IMG/VR virus record: IMGVR_UViG_3300036760_000139
Coordinates: 1,685-65,684 of that record
Source of the DNA: a virus
Lineage: Duplodnaviria; Caudoviricetes
Direction: 5' to 3' (one strand)
Length of the DNA: 64,000 bases
Position 1 is the stretch's first letter, and each line of letters opens with the position of its first letter. Positions 45,737 to 55,300 of the stretch are shown in pieces. The position numbers and the translations under genes are program-made. Below the pieces are notes generated by a model that worked only from the letters and a program-made list of their open reading frames with translations, made no database searches and was not told the DNA's origin.

Positions 45737-48667
45737 ATGGCGATTCAGATTCAACTCAGGCGCGATACCGCAACACAGTGGACCGCGCTCAATCCTACGC
45801 TTGCCCAAGGCGAACTCGCGGTCGAGATCGACACCCTGAAGTTCAAAATCGGTGACGGGACGACCGTATGGGCTTCGCTGGGCTATTTCACTCAAGGCAC
45901 ACAGGGTAGTCAGGGGTCCGTCTGGTACAGCGGTGCGGGTGTCCCGGGTGCCGGTCTCGGGGTCCTCGGTGATTGGTACCTCGATACGACGAACGCAGCC
46001 TATTACGAGAAAACGGGCACTAGCACCTGGACTCAGAGGGGAACCCTCGGGCAGGATCACGGGTCCCTGGTCGGACTCGGTGACAACGACCACCCACAGT
46101 ACATCAAGCATTCGCTGGCGGAGGCGATCAGCGACTTCCTGGTGGCGTCCGGCGCCGGGGCGTTCATCAAGAAGACGCTTGCGGAAGTGAAGACGATCCT
46201 CGGACTCGGGAGCGCGGCCTACACCGCGTCCACCGACTACGCGGTAGCGGCGAAGGGCGTCACCGGCGGTGACTCGCACGATCACGCAGGTGGAGACGGT
46301 GGGCAGATTGACCACGGTGGCCTGGCCGGACTGGCCGATGATGACCACCCACAGTACATCAAACACTCACTGGCGACAGCGATCAGTGACTTCCTAGTTG
46401 CGAGTGGGGCTGGAGCGTTTGTCAAGAAGACGCTGGCCGAGGTCAAGACGATTCTTGGACTTAGGAGTGCGGCCTACACTCCATCCACCGATTATGCCGT
46501 GGCAGCCAAGGGCGTCACTGGCGGCGACTCGCACGATCACGCAGGCGGAGACGGGGCGCAGATCGACCACGGCGGACTTGCGGGACTTGCCGACGACGAC
46601 CACAGCCAATACCACACGGACGGCCGTGCCGACGCTCGCTACATCCAACTTCCCGCGACCCCGGAGCAGGGCGATGTTCTGTACCGCAGCGGTTCAACGT
46701 GGGCCCGCCTGGCGCATGGCAATTCCGGCCAGGTTCTCATTACGGGAGGCCATGCGGCCAATCCAGCATGGGGGAATGCCTCATCTGATGACGCGGTATT
46801 TGATGTAGTCACCGACTATGGGGCGGACCCAACTGGAGTAAATGACTCCACAACGGAAATTGGAAACGCAATTGCAGCAGCCGCAGGCGTCAGCCCCCGC
46901 GGTACCGTGCGCTTTCCCCGTGGGACATTCAAGACAACAGGAGGGTATTCACTTAACGGTCTAGATGGTCTGAAAATTGACGGGGCCGGACCGGGCTCGA
47001 CAATTATCGACCTGAATCATGCCACCAATACTCTTTTTGCAATTGGCGCAGCCACAACTTCAAACCTGTATATCGGCAAGATGTTAATCACAAGTCTTTC
47101 GGCCGCCAGAACGGGCGGGTGGGTGCTCAGTGTGACAAGCACTTATAACAGCGGCACGGGCATCCTCAAAAAGAGCCACCTTGAAAACATAGAAATACGC
47201 AAACAACTAAATGGAATTTGGATTGGGAAATATGAGTTTGTGTGGCTTGACAATGTTTTGGGGTGGGACTGGGTGCAAAGCGGCGGAGTTGGCGGCATTG
47301 GAATATACCTTGGGCAGCCAACCGCCACTTACTATAACCAGGGCTCAGAACTGTATCTGAAGAATTGTCAAATCTATGGATCGGACCTTGCTGGCGGTGG
47401 AGTAAAACTTGACATCGCATACAAACTTGAGAACTGCGATGCGGCATATTTTGTTGCAACAGGCGCCGATCAAGTAGTGAACAACAACCTTTTGATCAAG
47501 GTGGACCAGTACTTAGGGAACCACTTCTTTGAGGGGTCGGTTTTTGATTCAACCAAGAGTGGGCATTCCGTTTATGTCACCGGGAACGGGGAAGCGTGGA
47601 GATTGGCGTTCACGGACTGCTGGATGTGTAGCGCTGGACGGGATGCGGGCGGAACCAATGTAAATGGCATGCGAATTGACGCGGCGTCCGTTGGTGAATT
47701 GAAAGTAGTCGGTTGTACGGTCTACAATTCGCGCGGGACCGGATTGTATATTGCGCCGACCAATGGTGTTTGCACTGGAGTAATATCAAATAACGTATTT
47801 GCTGAAAACGGAATCGGCGCTGCCGCGAACAATAATGACGGACTTTATGTGGATCTTGATGTAGATGAGTCTGGACTGTTAGTTAGTGGGAACTTGGGAT
47901 ACTCTAATGACGGCGTTGACATTCGAACCAGCGCCACCTCCAACAAGTTGACCGTGGGTGCGAATCTTTGGACAACTGGAACTAGTTATGGGGTTGCTCC
48001 GTGCAGTCCCGAGGACCTCGCAGTCAACATGGGGATCGTGCCGGACACGCACATGGTATCCACGTCCATCCCCGCCGGGTACACGTGGGTCACTACGTCC
48101 GGCATCTTCTACGGGACACCAAGCAACGCCACCTACGGCTATCGGGGGGATTACTTCGCTGGCGCACCGAATGGCGCTTCCTATGCTCACTTCTTGCAAC
48201 GGGCCGTGACGAACGCAGCCGCGAACTGGCAGAACAAGCTCCTCCAGGCACGATGCGCGGCCGGCGGCTCGATGATCGCAGGACTGCGGGTTGACGACGG
48301 AAGCGATCTCTCGACACACCCATTCTTCGAACTCGTGTGTGACGGGACAGCGAATAACGGAACATTCACCGTCAAAATGCGGCACCAGGATACCGTCGGG
48401 GGCGGAATCACCACCACGGCGTCAAGTATTGTTTTGCCTGTTACGAATTTCGTCATCCTTTCCCTCAACATCTACTACTCGGGCGGCCAGTATTACATCA
48501 GTGGCTACCTATGGGGTGAGGTCAAGAACAACTTCGGCATCGGACTCGGCATCGGGCCGGTGTCGTGGATGCCGTGCGCGGGCCGGGCGGGAATCTTCTT
48601 GAAGGCTGATGCTGCTGGCAGCGCCTTCAATGGGTACTGGGACTTCCTCTACAACGAGTTCGTCTAA
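45737..48667 (+). CDS. Tail fibre/tailspike with a pectate-lyase-like beta-helix
   Basis: IQLRRDT...W...NP.LA.GE N-terminus; 85-aa tandem repeat; DYGADPTGVNDST...FP.G. Confidence 0.85.
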   Translation: MAIQIQLRRDTATQWTALNPTLAQGELAVEIDTLKFKIGDGTTVWASLGYFTQGTQGSQGSVWYSGAGVPGAGLGVLGDWYLDTTNAAYYEKTGTSTWTQRGTLGQDHGSLVGLGDNDHPQYIKHSLAEAISDFLVASGAGAFIKKTLAEVKTILGLGSAAYTASTDYAVAAKGVTGGDSHDHAGGDGGQIDHGGLAGLADDDHPQYIKHSLATAISDFLVASGAGAFVKKTLAEVKTILGLRSAAYTPSTDYAVAAKGVTGGDSHDHAGGDGAQIDHGGLAGLADDDHSQYHTDGRADARYIQLPATPEQGDVLYRSGSTWARLAHGNSGQVLITGGHAANPAWGNASSDDAVFDVVTDYGADPTGVNDSTTEIGNAIAAAAGVSPRGTVRFPRGTFKTTGGYSLNGLDGLKIDGAGPGSTIIDLNHATNTLFAIGAATTSNLYIGKMLITSLSAARTGGWVLSVTSTYNSGTGILKKSHLENIEIRKQLNGIWIGKYEFVWLDNVLGWDWVQSGGVGGIGIYLGQPTATYYNQGSELYLKNCQIYGSDLAGGGVKLDIAYKLENCDAAYFVATGADQVVNNNLLIKVDQYLGNHFFEGSVFDSTKSGHSVYVTGNGEAWRLAFTDCWMCSAGRDAGGTNVNGMRIDAASVGELKVVGCTVYNSRGTGLYIAPTNGVCTGVISNNVFAENGIGAAANNNDGLYVDLDVDESGLLVSGNLGYSNDGVDIRTSATSNKLTVGANLWTTGTSYGVAPCSPEDLAVNMGIVPDTHMVSTSIPAGYTWVTTSGIFYGTPSNATYGYRGDYFAGAPNGASYAHFLQRAVTNAAANWQNKLLQARCAAGGSMIAGLRVDDGSDLSTHPFFELVCDGTANNGTFTVKMRHQDTVGGGITTTASSIVLPVTNFVILSLNIYYSGGQYYISGYLWGEVKNNFGIGLGIGPVSWMPCAGRAGIFLKADAAGSAFNGYWDFLYNEFV
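46055..46610 (+). repeat. 255-bp tandem duplication in the tail-fibre shaft
   Basis: DHG..GL.D.DH units start at 46055, 46310 and 46565. Confidence 0.9.
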
Positions 48668-48677
48668 GGAGAAGCAT

Positions 48678-49118
48678 ATGAATGGCGGCATTTCGGACAC
48701 AAATACAACCTCCCCGCTCAACACATTGCTGACATCCGCAGACATGGGAAACGCCGATCTCCAGGGCGGCACGGCCGGAGGTGCTGCGGGTGGTGCCACT
48801 GGCGGGCCCGGTCCCGGTCAGAACGGGTATCTCTGGTCGGACGGGACGTTCCACGCTACCCCGGAACCGTCGGCTGGCGGCGGCACGACTGGGGGCGCCG
48901 CGGGTGGCGGGGCGAAGGACAACGAACGCACCAGATACACAGACGTTGTAGAGGAAGTCCCCAACGAGGACGCGCGCAAGCGCGGCGAGATGTTGAGCGC
49001 CTTCTTGGCGAGTTTCCAGGCGGCGTATCGGCGCAACAACCCAAACTTCAACTTCACTCGCAACCCACGGCTCGCAAAGAGTCTGGGTCTGCCGTTTTCC
49101 GGGGATATCGGACGATGA
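48678..49118 (+). CDS. Gly-rich hypothetical (possible ejection) protein
   Basis: SD AAGGAG. Confidence 0.55.
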   Translation: MNGGISDTNTTSPLNTLLTSADMGNADLQGGTAGGAAGGATGGPGPGQNGYLWSDGTFHATPEPSAGGGTTGGAAGGGAKDNERTRYTDVVEEVPNEDARKRGEMLSAFLASFQAAYRRNNPNFNFTRNPRLAKSLGLPFSGDIGR

Positions 49119-49579
49119 CCATTGGCGTGCTGCACCGCCTCGACCCCGGCGCGTGGAGTCTGATGCCTGAACTGCTGGCCAGAGTCCGGGCGCTCAGTGA
49201 ACAGCTTGAGGGGGTCGGCGATCCCGGAATCTTGTGCCGGGCGATCGAACTCAACTTCATGGCGGACGATCCGCAGATCATCGCCATCGTCGCCGTAGAC
49301 GACGGGCAACTCATGGGGCATGCGATTCTCAGCCTCGATCATTGGCTCGGGCACAAGTACGTCATGGTGCAACAGTACCAACTCGACAAGGCACTGTCGC
49401 GCGAGGCCGTGCGCAAGCACATCGCCAAGATCGAGGAGTGGGGCCGCAACCACGGTGCCGTGGAGTTGCGCGCCCTTGTCACGGGCGACACTCTCGAGCG
49501 CGCATACCGCGCCTTCTACGGATTCCAGCGCAAGCAGGTTCTCATGACCAGATCAATTCCACAGCGGCAGGAGGCATAA
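49115..49579 (+). CDS. GNAT-fold-like protein
   Basis: EEWGR.HGA..L......R.Y...YGF pattern; typical position before ejection genes. Confidence 0.6.
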   Translation: MTIGVLHRLDPGAWSLMPELLARVRALSEQLEGVGDPGILCRAIELNFMADDPQIIAIVAVDDGQLMGHAILSLDHWLGHKYVMVQQYQLDKALSREAVRKHIAKIEEWGRNHGAVELRALVTGDTLERAYRAFYGFQRKQVLMTRSIPQRQEA

Positions 49580-49580
49580 C

Positions 49581-50933
49581 ATGGGCGGCGGCGGTTCAAC
49601 CACCAATCCAGTCATCCCACAGGCTCTACTTCAACTCCTCGGGGGGACTGTAAGTAACGTTCTCCCGAATCAGAATGCCGCATGGAAAGGAACATGGCAA
49701 AAGAACGGAACCGATGCCACCCCCCAAGAAGCGGCAAACAACCAAGCTATACAGACGAAAATCGACCAGATGCAGCAGGCGCTTTCCAATCCAAACCTGC
49801 CTCCGGCGACGCGCACCTCGATCGAAGCACAACTCGCTGCGGAAACGGAGAAACTCGCCGGGTGGACGACGAAGCCCAGCGAGTTCATGCAGAAGCAGAA
49901 TTACGGGGATTACTACGGCAATGTCCAGGTACCGGACACCGCGGCCGCCGCCCTCGAACAGGCGCTCGGCGGGCAGGGCATAGAGGGGTTCTCCGCTCCG
50001 TCGGTCTATGAGGGGTTGGCCGCGAGCTCGGCGCTCCAGAATCCGAGTCAGACGCTATTCGGCCAGGAGTTCACGGACCCGAATGCCCGCCAGATCGCGA
50101 ACTTCAACCCGGCCCAGACCGAGATCGCAAGTTACCTCGGCAACTCGTGGCTCCCTCCGACTACCACGGGCGGACGGTCGCAGTATGTCGATGCGCGCCA
50201 GACCGCAGGCGAGAAGGCCGCCCTCACGCAGGCCGGACAGTTGCAGGGCATCGGGGCGAAGACCCCCGACCTCAGCGACTTTGCGAAGAACATCAACACC
50301 AATCCAGCAATCAAGAATGCCCTGTCGGTGTGGTCCGATGTCAAACTCCCCACCATCCAGAACCAGGCCAGTCTCATGGGTCTTGGCCGCTCGTCGTCGC
50401 TACTCAAGGGCATTGACACCTCACAGAATCAGTTCCTCCAGCCGATCATCCAAGACCAACTCAACCGCGAGGAGAACGCGATCAGCCGCGGATTCACGGG
50501 CGCACAGGCCAATGTCGCGGCGCAACAGACCGCAGCACAGGCCCAGGCCCAACGTGAGGCCGAGGACTACGCCCGGAAACTCTCCGCCGGCAATCAGGTT
50601 CAGGCCCAGGACCAGGCCACACTTGATGCCCAGCAGGCAGACTACTTGCGGCGGCAGGGCCTCAACGAGCAGGAAGTCGCCAACGCCATGACCTCCGGTC
50701 AGAACCAGTTCGGCAACCTGTTCAACCTGTCGAATGCCGACACCCAGCGCAAGTTAGCTGCCAGCCAGCAACTCACAAGCATGGCGGGAACCGAGCGCGA
50801 TTGGGCGAAGGAGCAGGGAGACTTCGAACTACAAGATGCGTTGCGTCGCCAGGCACTCGGCGAGAACCTGCTGTTCCAGCCGCTCGGCGGCACGGCGTCG
50901 ATGGTCGGGTCAAAGACCACCGGCGGGAAGTAG
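49581..50933 (+). CDS. Ejection/pilot (DNA transfer) protein
   Basis: MGGGGSTT start, Gln/Ala-rich, GGK end. Confidence 0.7.
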   Translation: MGGGGSTTNPVIPQALLQLLGGTVSNVLPNQNAAWKGTWQKNGTDATPQEAANNQAIQTKIDQMQQALSNPNLPPATRTSIEAQLAAETEKLAGWTTKPSEFMQKQNYGDYYGNVQVPDTAAAALEQALGGQGIEGFSAPSVYEGLAASSALQNPSQTLFGQEFTDPNARQIANFNPAQTEIASYLGNSWLPPTTTGGRSQYVDARQTAGEKAALTQAGQLQGIGAKTPDLSDFAKNINTNPAIKNALSVWSDVKLPTIQNQASLMGLGRSSSLLKGIDTSQNQFLQPIIQDQLNREENAISRGFTGAQANVAAQQTAAQAQAQREAEDYARKLSAGNQVQAQDQATLDAQQADYLRRQGLNEQEVANAMTSGQNQFGNLFNLSNADTQRKLAASQQLTSMAGTERDWAKEQGDFELQDALRRQALGENLLFQPLGGTASMVGSKTTGGK

Positions 50934-50942
50934 GAGGCGGAC

Positions 50943-51464
50943 ATGGACCCGATTACATGGGCCGCCATCATCAGCGCACTCGGCTCGCTCGGTGCCGCAT
51001 ACATGAGTTCCAAGAAGAAGATCCCCGGCCCCACCGGGCAGGGGCAGATGGGCGGGTTTCATCCATCGGCTGAAAACTTCAAGAAGGGAGTCGGTTCCGA
51101 TTCTGCCGATCAACTTGCAGCCATCCTTGGCGGTAGCGGCTCACCGGCGGCTGACGTTGCTCTCCAGCAGCCCGTCGAGACGCCAACTCCGCAGAGGCCG
51201 GACTTCGCGGCCATGCAAGAGAAACAGATACTCGACGCGGCCGGACCCGAAGTCACGGGGGGGCCTGCGGCTCCAGAAGGTTTCGATCTCGCTGCACTGC
51301 TGCCGTACATCAACGCTGCCTCACAGGTCGGCGGGGCGATCTCTGAGGGCAACCGCGGAACCCCGGTCGCACTTCAAAAGGGTCACATGGGCGGGTACAA
51401 CCCGACCGTGCCCGACGCTCAAGAACTTCTCCGCATGATGCTCGCAAAACTGTTCCGGAGGTAG
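50943..51464 (+). CDS. Ejection protein
   Basis: MDP.T.AAII...G hydrophobic start. Confidence 0.6.
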   Translation: MDPITWAAIISALGSLGAAYMSSKKKIPGPTGQGQMGGFHPSAENFKKGVGSDSADQLAAILGGSGSPAADVALQQPVETPTPQRPDFAAMQEKQILDAAGPEVTGGPAAPEGFDLAALLPYINAASQVGGAISEGNRGTPVALQKGHMGGYNPTVPDAQELLRMMLAKLFRR

Positions 51465-51465
51465 T

Positions 51466-52380
51466 ATGCCCAACTTCACACTCCAAGACTTCCTCAAGGT
51501 GCTCATTCCCGTCATTGCTGGTGGGGCCTCTGCCTACTCAGCTCCGGCCGCCCGCGCGATTCACGGTGCCAGCGGATCACTCATGGCTCTCCAGGAGGAC
51601 AAACGGCGCGAGAAGGAACTCGAACAGGAGATGGCGCTGCGTGCGTCCGAAGGCGAACGCAGGGGGCGCACTCTCGGCCTCCAGGAGCAAGAAGCGAAGG
51701 GTGTACTTGAAGACAGGGCGAGCAAGCGGAAGGGCCAGCAGGGCATGTTTGACGCACTTGGGGCGGCCCTCGCCCAGCTCACTGGCGAGGCGCAGGCCCC
51801 GGGAGCATTCGGTGGTGGTGGGCCGTTGTCGCCCGAGACCATCGACCGGCAGACCGCAGCGCGTGAAGTGGCGCCGGACATCCCACTCATCCAGTCGATC
51901 ATGGCCAAGGCCGGTCCAGAGGGGGCTGCGGCGGCCCTAGCACAACTCGGCGAGGCGCAGACTGCGGCCCGTGGCCGGGGCGAGACCCGGGGGAAGGAAG
52001 AGCGCGCGGCCGGACGCGAGGGCGCGCAGTTCGAGAAGACCCTCGGTGTGCGCAAACAGGAAGCTGGGAGTCAGGCGGCCTACTGGAAGGAGATGGGTGC
52101 GGCCCGCACAGAAGAGGCAGAGACGCACAAGAAGGCACAGGCAGCGACGGAGAAAGCAAAGGGCGAACCTGACATCGATGCCCTGTCCAAGGTCAACAAG
52201 CGAATCGCCGAACTAACTGAGAAGGGGGCCTTGCCTGGGGCTGGAGGTCTGACCCCCGGAGAGATGGCCGAACTCAAGCTCCTCCAGTTGAAAGCGGCCA
52301 GACTCGGCGGTCTCAACACCCCCGCCGGATACTTGGCATACCTCGGCCTTGGCCCTGGACCGCAGGCTGGAAGACCCTAA
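51466..52380 (+). CDS. Ejection protein (coiled coil)
   Basis: Ala/Glu-rich; position in the operon. Confidence 0.6.
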   Translation: MPNFTLQDFLKVLIPVIAGGASAYSAPAARAIHGASGSLMALQEDKRREKELEQEMALRASEGERRGRTLGLQEQEAKGVLEDRASKRKGQQGMFDALGAALAQLTGEAQAPGAFGGGGPLSPETIDRQTAAREVAPDIPLIQSIMAKAGPEGAAAALAQLGEAQTAARGRGETRGKEERAAGREGAQFEKTLGVRKQEAGSQAAYWKEMGAARTEEAETHKKAQAATEKAKGEPDIDALSKVNKRIAELTEKGALPGAGGLTPGEMAELKLLQLKAARLGGLNTPAGYLAYLGLGPGPQAGRP

Positions 52381-55300
52381 TGCCCCGTTTTCTCGGAGAA
52401 CTTCCGACCTGGCCCGAGGTCGAGGAGGAGCTGAAAAAGCGCCAGGCTGACCCGGCGACCATCGCCACTGTCCGCACGAAGTATTGGGCTGACTACGCCA
52501 GCACCGAGGAGATCAAGGCGTTACCCCCGATCCATGTGGAGGCGACGCGCTCTCGGTTCTTCCAGCAGCCGGTAACACCGGATGAACCGAGGCTCAGTCT
52601 CATAGAGAAAGCGGCGGCTCTCATCAGTCCGCCGGGTCCGCCCCCTGCGACACCCGTCGCCGCGCTGCCGCCTACGGCCCCGCCACTCGTCGCTGCCCGT
52701 CAACCCATACAGGGGTGGACAGCCGAGCAAATGATGGGCCAACTTGCTGCGGGCCAGGCACCTGCCATCGCACCGCCATCAGAAGTCCCCCCACTCGCTA
52801 CTAGCCATCGTCCCCCGTTGCCGGGTCCCATGAATGTCGCGGAGGCCGTTGTCGCGCCCGGAACCGGGCGAACGATGGCCGAACTCGCCGCACCCCCGGC
52901 GCGCGTCCCCGTGAACCCGGTCAGCGAAGCGGCGACCGTCGCCGAGGATGTTGCGCGGAGTGTTGGAAGCGCCCTCACGTCACTCGCCGCGATTCAACCG
53001 GGCGTCCAGGAGCGGGCGTTTGGCGACCTTCGCCGACTGGTCGGTGCTGGTGCCCCCGCTGCCGAGTACGAGACGGTGAACGTCGAGGGACCGAACGGCA
53101 AGGTGATCTCAGTCCGTCGGCGCAAAGCAGTCATCCGGGGTCCCGAGACCGGGGGCGAGAGAATGCGCGCGACCGCCGAGTCGCTGGAGGCTAACGCCCC
53201 GGTGCCCGAGACCAAGGCCGGGAAGATTGCCGCTGAGACCGGACGGGCAGGCGCCGGGTTCCTCAAGGCGGCCCCGGTGATCGCGCTGGCTTCGGTGCTC
53301 AGCAAGACCCCGGCCGCCGCCTTCGCCCCGGAACTTGCGGGTTTCTTACTCGGATCGCTCGAGGCGTACGGGAGTGGCGCGGGCGCGCGCGAGGTCGGCA
53401 AGACGGGGCTGGGTGGCGCGACGCAGATGGCTTTGTACCGCGCGGGCAGGTGGACCGGCGGCAAGGCAACCGGGGGGTTGATTGCGCAACTTGCGAATCG
53501 CATGCCAGCCGCCACCGCCAAGGCCGCGCCGCTCATTGAGGCTGCGGGGGGCGCACTTGGCGCTGGTGTGACGACCACCGCAGGAGCCGTTGCGGAGGGC
53601 ATGGACTTCGGGCAGTCGATCAAGGAAGTGGGCGTGCCGATGGTCGTGGCGTCTTTCCTCGCTGACATGGCGGGGCTGCCAAACCCCGTCAAGCGCGGTG
53701 CCAAGGTATTGCAACGCATAGGACTGTCGGCGAAAGAGGCGCGTGACGCCTCAGCGACCGTGATAGGTCTCGCCCAGGCGGGCGATGCGGAGGGTGCCGC
53801 CATGACCCTCCAAGACATCCTGGAGTCGGCCGCAAGGCGGAGGCGTGGGGAAGTGAGACCGCCAGAGGGTCCCCCACTCCCCGCAGAGGCCCCCCCACGG
53901 CCCCCCACGGCCCCCCCACAGGCCCCCCAGCAGCCCCCCACGCCACCACAGGAGGTAGTCAATGCCAGCGCAATACGAACACATCAGGGACAGCGAGTAC
54001 CGGAGGCTGCGCAAGAAGGGCCTCAAGCACAAGGCGGCGCTCAAGAAGGCCAAGGAGATCGCGGCGCGCACCTGGAACAAGCGCCACCCCGAGGACCCGA
54101 ACCCGTGGTCGAGGGAGGCAAAGGACCTGTTCAAGAAGTAGCCAAACAACCGTGGGAGATGAGCCGGGACGAGTGGAACGCGGCAACCCGCTTCTACCGT
54201 TCTGGAAAGACAAAGAACGCACAGTTGCCAACCGGGCAGCGCGTGATCTTGACGAACGAATCGACGGCCGGGAACTTCCTTAAGCAAAGCGGGCCGTTCC
54301 TCGAAACCCTCAGAAGGCAGACGGTTGAGGCCGCCCTTCGTCAAGGCAAGCCCGTCCCGTCCGAAGTCCTCACTGAATTGGGTCTCGCCCCCGCCGTAGA
54401 AAAGGTCGGCACTTCCGCAGAAGTGCCGATAGTTTCACCCGTCAAGACAACTGCCGCTACCGAGCAACCGCCCGAGCACGTTGTCCGCGCGCTCCAGAAG
54501 CCCTGGCGGGTGGTATCCGATTCCGTCATCACCAAAACCAAGGAGCAGGCCAAGGAGACCCTACGCGAGGCCATCGCCAACGGCACCGTGACCCGCGACA
54601 CTCCCGTTCGGCTGACCGACACCAGGGAACTGCACAATCTTGCCACGTCCGGCGAACTCGCCGAGGAGAAGTCGGCGCAGATCGTTGTCGGGGAAAACGG
54701 CGAGGTACTACCCATCATGGGCTACGGCCACGGGATCTCGGCTGCCATCATCCTCCCCGAGGGTTACAGCCGCAAGGCTGCGGGTCTCGAACACGCGCAA
54801 CCCAACGAAGTCAAGATCGACCCGAAGGCTCCCGCCGGGGAGATGCAGTTCATTGTGGCCGGTTACAAGCGGCTTTTGACCTACGCCGAGCTCGCGGAGT
54901 TGATCGAGACGGGCAAGCTGGCTGCCCTGGAGCAGGCGGCGGCCTTGCATGGCGAGAAGCCGGAGATTATACTCAAGGGCGGAGAGATACTTCCAGGTGA
55001 ACCAGCCGCCGTCCCCGGACCCGAAGTTGGCACCCCGAAGGCAGCAGGGAGAGAGCCTGGCGGACTACATCCGACGGCTGGAGAGGTTGGGATTCAAGGT
55101 GGCGGGCCTGCGGTGGGTGCCGAAGGAACCATCACCCCCGGCGCCGCTCCCGCGCCTCCTCCTGTTCCGCAGGCCGTCGCAGAAGTAGCACCCGCCGTAC
55201 AGTCCTACACCATCGAACCAGCCAGTTACGCGAAGAACGCCATCATCGTCCGCATCCAGGGCGGTGCGGAAGGCTTCAAGGGTCCGCTGCACGACGCCAT

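Noticed and set aside
24792-50378. Diversity-generating retroelement (TR/VR pair)
   Set aside because: Only 55 bp, mismatches not adenine-specific, and no reverse transcriptase in the window
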